DNA of 64,000 bases from a virus (taxonomy: Duplodnaviria > Caudoviricetes): the IMG/VR virus record IMGVR_UViG_3300047382_000771, positions 96,001 to 160,000 of that record. One strand, given 5' to 3'. Made by a program: the position numbers and the translations under genes. Positions 28,344-40,300 of this stretch are shown piece after piece. Positions within the stretch are counted from its first letter, which is position 1; the number at the start of each line of letters is the position of its first letter. The notes beneath the pieces are model-generated. The model saw only the letters and a list, made by a program, of their open reading frames with translations. It was not told the origin of the DNA and did no database searches.

Positions 28344-31300
28344 TAGCTAAGCTCCCCACCAACTCTTTTTTCCTGCCTTATTACATCAAGTACTGCTGCT
28401 TTAATTTTCTTAGATAAATCTTTTTCATTAGCTCCCCCTTTAGAACCTCCAGCCCCTCCTGTCTCTGTAGATGTTTCTTTTCCTGATTCATCTATGCTAA
28501 CATTTACATTTATATTATTAGTGACACTTGATGCCGAGCTTGGTTGCTGCCCAGACTGACCTGTAGACTCTGGGAGAGGGGCCATTTGCGGGGCCTGAAC
28601 TTGCGGCATCTGGGGAGCCATTTGTGGCTGGGCAGACGCACTAGGCAACCTATTGTTAGAAACAACTCCACCCTGGTAGTAATTATTAATTCCTTTCCTA
28701 AATCCATCAGGGTTTTGGACGGCCATCTTAAATAAGTTCGGATTTCTCTTCATCAACTTATCTGTGGATGACTTTTTGACTACAAAATCTCCTTCGTTTA
28801 ATCCAACTGGACCGACCTTATCTATACCAGATTGACCTCTCACTATGGGTATATCCCCCGAAGTATTCAACTGCTCAAGATTTGAATACCCTATTTTCTT
28901 TGCCACACTAGATGGAATTAAAGATTCACCCGCAGTTAACATTGCTGGCACAACACTGCCTCCTTTATTATAACCTCTTAATTTTCTTCTATTAGCGTGA
29001 TCTATTCCCGTTTTATTAGCAGAATATCTATTGTGTCCAGCAAGGATATTTGCGTTAGTTAGATTTATGCCGCTTTGAACTGTATGCTTCTTAGCTCTTC
29101 TGTTTTGTGATATTTGATTTTTGCTTTTACCATCTCCATAAAGGTCGCCAATAAAACTATTAACCTCATCACTAACAGCTTTTGATGTTACATCTTTTTT
29201 AGCTTGATCTAACATTTTTTCTTCTTTGGATTTGAACAAACCGCCTAATTTTTCTTTTCCTTTTGCGATTAAGGGTGAAGCTAAAGTTGTGCCCATTGAT
29301 ACGAGTCCGCTAGTAACATAACCACCTACCATGCCCATAATTTGATTAAAGGTACCCATCCTTTTTTCAAATTTTTGGTTTTTCTTACCAACATTATATT
29401 CATGCAAGTTTAATAAATGTTGTTCGTATTCTTGTAAACCTGCATTACTTTCAGCCAGCCTACCGCTAACCATTTTATCGTTAGCATTAAGGGATACATC
29501 AAATCCTAAATCTAGAGATTGTAATTGTTTTTCATCGAATACTGGGGGGCCAGCCTCTTGAGGTTTTTGTGCTGATCGAGACGCTGCGTGTGAGCCATAT
29601 GCAGAAGCAGCTGTATTCATTACTCCTTGAGCTCCAGACTTTAATCTATCCTGCCAAGTAGCCTTTCCTCCTTTATTAAACTTAGACACAACATCTTTGG
29701 GTATGACATACTCTCCAGCAGTGAGCATAGCGGGAACATTATCTATCCCTCCTGGGCCATTTACTAGTCCACCCTTGGCATATTTTTTAACCTTTCCACC
29801 AGCCATCATTTCAGCAGGGCTTGGAGTAGAATTTTTAATACCATTTAAAGCTATAGGTATTTTAGATATTTCGGTTTTAGCCGAATTAACTTCGCCTACT
29901 AATTTTCCTAAATGAGCGTTCGTAGCTTGAGCATTAGCATCCGCACTTTGTACCAACTGTGATAATTCAGGCGTACCCGCTGTAGCTATTGATTCTTGAG
30001 GGTTTGCTACAGATACTGTAGCTGGCTCAGCCATGATTGGCCTCTCGTATCCAACGGGTACAGCTCTATCTGAAGTAACAAAATCATTAACTTCTTTCTG
30101 TGCAACTTTTTCTTTTGATTCAGCCTGACTGAGTTTGTTTGAATATTTCTTTAATTGCTCTTGAGCTCTTGCAAGCTCAGCTGCTAGCGGAGCAAGAGCT
30201 GCTTCAGCATCTTCAAGCTTACCCCTGAACATTTCTAACTTTGCTATTGCACTGTCATACTCTGCCTTATCCTCACTATTCGTCAAGTCTGAATTTAATT
30301 TTAAATCATTCACCTTATTTTGTTGCACATCAAAATTAGACTGTGCATAATCTTTGCTCTTTGACAACGAGCTAAATTCATCAAAGTTTTTACCTGTAGG
30401 TCTTACGAGCTGATTACCACCCATGAACATTCCCTTGTTTTCGTATAAGGGGCCCTTGAATGATTTGATAGTTTTTTGAGAATTATCAATCATTGACTGA
30501 GCATGGTCTTTATCTGATCTAATGTTGTGTAGTTTTGATTTAGCTATATCTATATTTTTGTTCCTAGTTATTTCAGACATTTTTGAATCATCGTATTTAG
30601 ATACATCCAAATCCCTTTCCATCATAGATCTTCTTTGCATCTCCACATTTACATATGGATTCTTGTCATAGCTTTGTTTGAATGGATCTACTTTGTTTTT
30701 TAAAGCTATAGAATTTATTTGATCCTGGCTCTTCGGCTTATTAGCTTCATTCGCCTTTTTTTCAGCTGTTTTTTGAACTTGCTCTACTTTATCTTTTGAA
30801 CTAGAAGATGGAGCTTCTGTCAGTTGCTTTTTTTCTATAGCATCCTTTAATAGGATAAGGCTGTCTTTAAGATCCACCATTGGTGACTTAAGGCCTTCTA
30901 TAGCATTATCAATCCATTGAGGTTTATCTCCAAACAGACCCTTTAATTCCTCTCTAAATTTTGCAGCAAAATCACTCGCTCCACCAGCAATTTCTGATTT
31001 TAAGTTAGCTACTAATTTTTCTGTATTAGTTAATTCAACTCCGTCAGTGAGCCCAGACTCAACCCTACTAATTAAAGATTCTAGTTTAGAAGAAAGCTCT
31101 TTCTCTACATTAGAAGATTCATCAAGTTTAGCCCCTAATTCAGTATTAGCGTCTACGACCATCTGGGCATCGCTTTTTGCAGATTCCCCAGTAAAAGCAA
31201 AAGTCAAATCCTTAATAATGTTATCTATATTAGCATCCATCATTCTGTCCATAATGGTGTCCGCAATACCAAGTCCCACGTCAGCAAATGCCTCTCCTAT

Positions 31301-34300
31301 GTCCTTGGCTCCAGTAGCTATATCTTTAAATGCTCCTTTTAAGCCAGACCTTGCACTATCAATTCCAAGGTTAACTAAGTCTGATTTTAAGTTAGATGCC
31401 TGAGCGTTCATCTCTGCCATCTTTACCTTGAGAGCATCTACTATTTCAGAGTTATTACCAATCTCTTTATTGTATGCCTTGTAGGCTTCCGCAAATGCAA
31501 GAATATCATCGGGGTCATCAGTAAGTGTTGCCCTTGTTGCTGATTGTCTTACCGCCCCTAGGCTTTGAAATTTTTCTGTCTGAACATCTGCGGCTACCAT
31601 CAAATCCATAGTTGGCTGATCCATCAAGGCTTGCTCTTTAGCATTCCTGAGAGCTTTTAATTTATTACCAGTTTCTTCCAGAGATACAGCAGCTCTCATT
31701 CTTTCTGCCATTTGGTCATTCAGAGATAACAGTAATTCTTTTTTAGCATTTATTAATGAGCTTTTTTCTGTACTTAATATTTCTTGTTCTACTTGCTCTG
31801 AAACTATCTCATTTATTTTACCAGTTATAATAAGTCTTTGTAATTTTTCTTTCTCTAACTTATTACCATCTTTAAGTTCAGATAATTCTTGCTCTATTTG
31901 TTGATCTGCAATTATAGACCTGTAACCCATTTTATCCATTATTTCTCTGCGTATTTGGGCAGTCTTATTGGTGGTTACTAAATCTATCATTTCTCCCTGA
32001 ACTGTAGACTTAATTGTCTCTAAACTTTTTGCATTGTTATCTAGAGCTGATAATTTTAAAGCTTTCTTTTGAACTTCTATAGCTAAATTGTCGGCTTCAG
32101 CTGATGCTTCGTCTGCTACAATTTTACCAAGCATATTCAAGTCAGACAACATACCCCTTCTAATGTCAGCCTCAATAGCCGCAGATTCAGCTGAAGACGC
32201 CTCTTCGCCTATTTTGATAAGTTGATTCTTCATCAGCAACTGTTGCGTATCTAAAACTTCTTGATTCTTGGATGGGGCTGAAGATAGTAAACTGTTACTC
32301 ATTCGAGATGACGACAATCCTTCCATTCCAGATTTTGAAGACTCAATCGCTTGCTTTCTTAAATTTTGAAATATTAATCCTTGAAATGCGAGGCTATCTT
32401 GTTCTAATTTTAACCTTTTTGATGCGAACTTATTTTGAACAGATAACGTTGCGGCTTGACCCATAAGGTTTTCGGTTATCGTTTCTTGTGTCGCTAAAGT
32501 TTTATTTAATTCTTTTTCTAATAATTTAGCCCCCTCAACTGTTTTAGCTTCTATTAATAATTTCTTTAAAGACTGCTTGTTTTTCTCGTCTTGCCTTTTT
32601 GCCTCTAAATCTACAGACACAAGCAGTTGCGAGTATTTATCAGATGCTTCGGCTAATTTCTGTAAAGTACTTTCTTCTACAGCGAGAATGCCAGATTCTA
32701 CCGCCGCAAGTGTTGCCGCCAGCTGTACCCTTGGGTCTTGCTCGTCAGCAATTTTTTGAGTTATTTCATTTAATTTTTCTTGGAATTGAGTACCCTCATC
32801 GATTTCGGCTCCTTCAAATATTCTACTGACACCATTTTTTATTTCATCATCAACATTTAAATCAGTTATAACCCTAGAATTAAATTCAGTAAATTCAAAA
32901 TCTGCATTAGCTGCATTTTGTAATCTTTTATTAAATGTTGAAATTGATTTAGCTAAATCATCTCCTTCTCTCTTTAAATCTGGAGACAATAAATTGGTAG
33001 TCATTATTGTTTTTGCTTGATCAAGTATGGCTATAGATAGTTCATCTTCTGCATCTGCGCGTTTTTTATTTAACGCATCAAGCTGGCTAGCTGCATCCCT
33101 GGATACTTTATTAAAAGCGGCGGTAGCATTACTCATCATGCCATACTCGCTGATTAAATCTTCAGATGCGGCAGACTCTTCTCTTCTTAACTTGTTCAAC
33201 TCTAATTGATGACCGAGGGTTATCTTTTCGTAAGACACTCTTGTTTTAGCTAAGTTAACTAGCTTGTTTAATTCTTTAGCAAATTTAGTGTCAGCCATCA
33301 TGATAGCCTTCTGACCATCAGAGATATCATTTTTAGATAAGCTGTCGGCTAATCTATTAATTAAGGCTGCAAAGCCTTTAATTTCATTATCACTTAAACC
33401 ACCCATATCGTACTCAAACTCATCAGTGGTTTTCTTTAAATTGTCTAGCATACCCTGAATCCCAACGCTACCAACCAATTCGTTAGCGTCAAAATTTAGT
33501 TCGTCTATATCCATTGATGGGTTAGCGGCAAGCTTTCTTAGTTCTGAAATGTTTTTTTGTAATGACGAATCTTGCTCTACGGCACTGGCTCCAGATTTAC
33601 CTTTTAATAAATCCTGCATAGCAAAAGCGCTCCTTGCTCCCTCTGCTTCTGATAGCCTTAAAAATTTCTCTACATTATCATCGCTATCTGCTTTGTCTAC
33701 ATTTTCTGAAAAATTAACCCTGTTTGATTCTACAGCAGTTAACATTTTAGTAACCACCAAAAGATCTTGTAATGCTTTTTTGTTTGCGGCATGAGCTTCA
33801 GTGCTTCCACCCAAAGCTTTATTAACAGCTTTTAATCCAAACTCTCCGACTTTATTCTCATCATAAAGAGCCCCCATGGAATCCATAAGTTTAGAATCAG
33901 CATCTAAGCTTTTTAATCTAAGATCATAATATTCTTGTTCTTGTTTTTGAGTTCTACCTGAGCCTAATATTTCAAGGTCCACCATTTTTTGCTGGATTTC
34001 TTCTTTAGACTTCATGGATTCAAGCGCAGCAGAAACAGTCTCTGAAGTCTTACCCAACTCCTCTATTTGTTTCCTGGCTTTAGAGGCACTACTTGAAAGC
34101 AAATCAAATATACCCTCTCCAACAAAAAACTTAAAAGCCTCATTAACAAGGGTGAAACCTGTGTACAGCTGACCTATTACTGGTAAGAACCTAGTAAATC
34201 CTCTAGCTAATGCACCTACCGACTTACCCAATAGTGGAATTTTTCCACCAGTCATCTTTGCGAGTCCACCACGAACTCCACCTCTTTGCTGGTTCCTTAA

Positions 34301-37300
34301 ATTTCTAGATACAGCCTCCCTCTCACCTGCATTTGCTGCAGCTTCTCTTTGCGGATTTCCCCCAAAAATATCTCCGACACTTCTTTGTTCGTCTGAACTT
34401 TGACCAAGAGCTTCCGATATTTCGGGGATTAATTCTTTTTGTTGCATGTATGCCGCAAAAACCTGCGACGCACCCATGCCTAACTCTGCTAAATTCTTAC
34501 TTGCGCCTGACGCTGTTGATGCAAATTCACCAAGGAATCCATTCGCCATAGAAATCATGGACTGGAAGAAGAATAATCTCTGCAGTCCGTTCTCTCTCCC
34601 TTTAGATTCTGCCTCTATAGCTGCCTCAGCCTTGCCAGTTTTTACAGCCAGATCATTAAATACCCTGGCTACTTTATCGCCTTCTTTTATGACCTCACTG
34701 TCACCTCCAGACCTTGCTTCAGCTTTTTGAAAAGCTCCAAACATTTCTTTCCTGGCAAGATCTGTGGCCCCCGTCAGTGCTGGATTAACAAATGCATCCT
34801 TATCTCCACCCGCTGCAGCTTTTTCAGCATGACTAATTTGGGTACTAACTTCCTCCACAGATTTAGATGCCTTCTCAAACTCTGTCTTGGTTAGCTTGTC
34901 TTTTAAAAATTGTAAACCTTTTTCTAAATCTTTAGCTCCTTCATTGATTGAAGTGATTATGGGTTCTAGGATTTTATCTTGATTAGATCCACCAAGAGGA
35001 GCACTAGGCCCACTAACAGGGACAATAGGCTTTGCTGCAAATTGTGAATAATTACTTTGGCTAGAATCGTATTCACCAAATTTACTCCCTCTTCTTGTAA
35101 GAGCATAGTTAGGTACCAACCCCTTTTGTGCTCCATGTTTTTTAGGGTCGATGTTCATCGACTTAGCTCTTTTAATTCCTTGGTTCACACCTAGAGGTTC
35201 GTCTCTTGTGTTTGTTACAGCTAAACCTAAAGGATTTTTTCTATCCACCAGCTGATTGCTTCTTTCTATCCTGATGGTTGAAGGTGGTACACCAGCAGCT
35301 TTTTCTCTTTTAATGGCTTGAACTAATGGGTCACTAAAATTAGGAACAATTCCTTTATTTGCTACATCATAATATTTATCTTCATCTCCCTTGAAATAAC
35401 CTCTTAGTAAATGATTACTTGTAACTCCTTCTGATATTCCTTTTCTTTGAAAATTCTTTGCCTGAAGTAAAGATTCTGTATGTTTCTTCAAGAAAGACTT
35501 CATTAACTTACTTGGCTGCTTGATTCCATCTTTCTCCATGTTACGAATAACACTTGGGTTATCCATCACAGATTTAATGTGCCTTATGTCTTCCGTGTTA
35601 GCCGATATAGAGAATGTTTCCTTATCAAGCCTAAGACCAGAAACTGGAAACTCCATTTGCATCCACTCTACAATATCCTGAAATTGTTTGTACTCATCAG
35701 GGGTGACTTTTAAATAGTTTTTAGTATCCGCCTTTAAGCCCTTCCTGGCTTTTTCAACCCTATTACTAGCAACAAAGTTAGGGACAAGACCCTTACTTGA
35801 GAACCCCGCCGCAGAATCACCTTTCCCTTTAACCCTTGTGGTCATTAAATCCTGGAAATTTACAGCTTCATCCATATCATATGGACCACCAAATGGCTTA
35901 AAAACTAAACTTGCAATATCTGCATTTTCTGGCTTAGTAAAGTGTTTGTTAATATCACTCTTAAAATTTACAAGACTATCAAAACCCATTTGTTGCTCAT
36001 CATAGCCCTCTGAGTAGCCAAAGACACCCCCAGTTTGTAGACCTTCCTGTACTCTATATTTTATTTGAGGAAACATTGAAACAATATTAGCCCAGGGTGT
36101 CGATCCCATTCCATTTCTCTGGGGAGTCAAAAATCCAGATCCCAAGGATTCGTTATCTTTTAATAATTTATTAAAGTTATTAAATGCGCCTCCTTTTAAA
36201 TCTTTATCCCCTCTGGTTGCGTGCAATATTTCGGCATGTCCCGCAGGGTATTGTCTATACTTCAAGCTGGTTCCCGTTGCAGGGTCTTCCATTTGTCGAA
36301 CAGACATGGCAAAATTTGGCACAAGCCCTTTATTTAAAACCTGCATAACCTCGCTTTCGCCAGGCAAAATTTGACGAGTGCCATTAGGGTTATAACCAAT
36401 ATCTGATTCTGGAACCATTTGTTTCATGGTCTTGTCGTAGAAATCGTATTCTTTTCTACCATATTCCATTTTATAATGGTCCAATAAAGACCTATCATTT
36501 CTTCTACCGTAAACATTCAGATATAGCCCGCCATTTTCTTCGGCCCATTTTTGTATGGCACCACTTGCCATAGCTTCTTTAAATTCCTCAACTTTAGGGT
36601 AGTGTCCTTTTTCGGGGTCAGCTCCCTTGTTTAGTATTCTCAGCATTTTCTTTTTATTGAATACATTTTTTTCTGGGACGGTTTTCTCGAGTACATGACC
36701 TTCTTCTACTGGCTTGCCTGGTCGGATTGCCCCCGCAAAATTCTTAGCAACAGTTTTTGAGGTACTGAAGGATGTCGCTCCAGAAGGTTTCTGGTTCCCA
36801 ACATCTCCAATATCCCTATAGCCAGCCATAACCCCACTTACATGAGATTTAACGAAATCTTGCACAACTCCAACTACATCTTCTGGAGTCTTTACTCCAT
36901 CAAATGATGGCATATTTTTACCAATTGTAGGTTCGTCAATCCCTTGCCTTGATTTATTTTGACCTCGATATAGAGTTAAGTTTGCAAAGTTAGGAACTAA
37001 GCCTTTTGAGAAATCATCTTCTCTTACTGTTTCTCCTGGTTTAGGTTGGTAATAATTTCCAGCTTTTTCTAAAGCCAAACTTATTTCATTAAATAAGATT
37101 CTTTCGTTTTTTATTTTTCCATCTCCACCAGCATAAGAAGTTGTAAATCCCTCAGGGTCATCTGCTTGAGCATCCTGTATTGCAGCCATATATCTATGCA
37201 TATATTTTTCTATCTCTGGAGAATTCATCTGAATCTTACCTCCAGTTCTACGCTCATAAGCGGTTTTAATAGCAGCTTTAATTTGGGACTCTGAAAAATA

Positions 37301-40300
37301 TCCAGTTTTTAAATTGAGGGCATTAAAATTCGGCACTAATCCCTGGGCTGTATTTACATAATCTCTATAAATACTCGGCCTAATCCAGTCAGGATTCATC
37401 TTGACCCCTAAGGAATTCATGCCTTGACTTGCGATGTCTTCGACGTCTGGGTCTGAGTTTAATCCGTAATTAATTTTATTGCCAACCATCTCGTAGCCAT
37501 CTAACCCCTTGCTATTAATAAACTCGGCAGCATGAGAAGGGAGAGCTACATCTAATATAGACGACCCACCATCCCTATCCATCATAAATTCTAACCCAGA
37601 TTTTATTGCGGGGGTGTTATTGGCTTTGGCTAGCATTTTTGTAGCTGTATGAGAAAGTCCAGACTTAGCCGCTTCTCCGTGTGTCACGCTTTTGATAACA
37701 TGCGGATTAATCCCTGTGTCGGGGTTGTATTGACCAGGACCAATATTTACATCTCCCTCTGTATTTTTTTCCCAATCAAATCTTGATGTTGGTCCGCCAG
37801 GGTCTCCCATGTAAGCCCTATCACCAAAAGTCGATTGAAAATCTTTACCCATTTTTGACGCTGTTGCTGGAAATCCAGTTCTTAATACTGTTGATGGGTC
37901 TAGCAAATCTGAGACTGGAATAGACTCAGTCTTTACTGAGCTTGTAGTACGATCAAGCACGTCTCCATTAACATATCCTCCCGAAGAAACCATCTGCCCC
38001 CTATGAGGTCTAAATATTTTACCAGACGCCAAAGTATATTCATTCCTTGCATTGATCGTCTTGCCATCCATATTGTAGACATCTCGCTCGGACGCGTAGT
38101 TAGGTACAAAACCAGAACTTATCCCATGCGACACAACTAAATCCTTAGCGGCTTCATCTATTAATGCTGGATTTTCTCTTAAAGTTTTTTGTAATTGGTT
38201 TTTCTGTATTAAACCTCTAACCTCAGACATGGACATACCAACAGGATTCCAAGAACCCATTCTCGCTAATTGAGCCAAACTTTCTACTAACAAGTCTTCC
38301 TCAATCTTACTGATCATGTAATTTAATTCTTTAGCTACATCATCGTTTGTTAAACCTTTTGCAGATGGATTAGGGGTAGTGTCACCAACAAAAGAATCAG
38401 CTATAGCCCCTACTTGATCCCTGAATGCGAAATTAGAATACCTTCTAATACTCTTAGATGCTATATTATTTAAATCAATTTCTCCAGCTTTTATCTCAAA
38501 AGGCACTTCTCCTGGTTTAATTGCGTCTACTACAAAATTACTTTTACCCTTCGAATTATCTATTTTATAGGAGCCATATTCATCTGTAGCTTCTAGCCCA
38601 GCACTAGATCGATAGCCATCACCTTCTCCGCTCCCCAGAAATAAAGATTCGCCTACATTCCCTTTATGATCATTATTTCCTTTATTTAAATTACTTAAAA
38701 CTTTTTTATGGTAAACTTTTGGCTTTTTAGCCATCCTTGGGACATCATCTATATATCCAAAAGGAATTTTGCTTTCAATTTCCTTAATACCTAACGCCTC
38801 TAAATACTCACCTAAGGACAAAGCAGATTTATCTCCCCCTGTAGCCTTAAAGGAAGAGCCTTTTAATTTATTAGCTTGTGTGGTAAAAGTTATATCTATA
38901 CCAGAGCCCTGTAAATCTTGATCTCCATATTCAGCTATAAACTCTTTTAATTGTTTCCTGTATTCTGAGGTTTTAAACTGTCCAGTCTCTAAACCTCTAA
39001 GCTCCATTGCCTGGGAACCAGTTGTTAAGTCGTTTTGTATGGCTGCGAAGTTTGGTACATAACCCTTGAATGCGTAAGGATCAAAACCATGTTTATTACT
39101 AAACTCTTTTTCGTATTTCTTACCAGCTCTAGAAGATCTAGGCGGCATGATTGCGGGTTGATCCATCCCTGGAAACTTTTTAACTGTTTCTGCTTTATTA
39201 TATACTACTTTCCCGACTCCAGAAATTGACATTGAAGATATACCGCCAGGTGTATACCCAGCTTCTATTGCTCCTTTTCTTTCTTTTCTTTTGGCGGATG
39301 TAGGGATGTGTCCACTCGCTCTTGTGCCCACCTCACCTGTCCCGCTACCATCTAAATCTACAAAAGAATTAGTGTTTACGGTTAAATCTGGATTAACTCC
39401 AGCTCTTAGAGCTGCGCCAGCCAAAGATGAGGCTAATTGTTTTTGCTTAATCATTGCGTTGGTTTGTGCTTCAATAACTTTGAGCATGAATTTTTCTTGA
39501 GCGAGCCTATCTCCCTCTAATTCATTTAAACCTTCTTGAATTTGCTTGTTTTGAGATAATGCACCAATGATGGAATTTTCCATTTGTACAAGTTTCTCTT
39601 TTCTACCAACAACACCTAATACATCTTTTAAACTTTGTGACGCAAACTTACCCACGTTCATAAGCATCTTACCCATTACAGCTGTAAAAGCAACTAAGCC
39701 AGGCCCACTAAGTACATTCCCTATTCCTTTTACGAATCCAGTAAAAAATGTATTACCTGCTTCTTCTCCTCCACCCAAGGCATTCTTTAGACCGTTAGCT
39801 GCACCTTCTACATTTTCTAATATACCTCCGATTGGCCCCTTAAGTGTCAAGTTTCCAATCACTTCAGCCAACTCTTCTATAGATACTGTTGTTCTTTTAG
39901 CTAGAGCGTCTAATGTTTTATTTAATTGCTCATTTTTAATGGCCGCATCGCCCATGGCATCTCCTGCTATAGCGGTTGCTCTTTCAAAGATATTTTGCTC
40001 TTTAGCTAAATCCCTCAATGCAGATTTAAATATATTAGCCTGAAATATACCTGCAGCAAATTGAGTAATATTAGATTGCTGGGATTCAGTTAAAGAATCG
40101 AAAGATTTTGCTATGTTTTGTAAAACTTTATCTGCAGGCAGTAAATTACCTTGTAAATTTTTAACCTGAACACCCATTTCTTCTAGCTGCCTGATGGACT
40201 CAGGTCTTCTTATTCTTGTGAATATTGTTTTAAGTCCATTACCAATCACAGAACCACCTCTAGCAGTGGTTTGTTGTAGCGAGGTTACAATACCAATTAA

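Noticed and set aside
35102-39064. TMP repeats as site-specific recombination (shufflon-like) sites
   Set aside because: Synonymous positions vary between copies, all copies are in direct orientation, and no recombinase gene is present in the window
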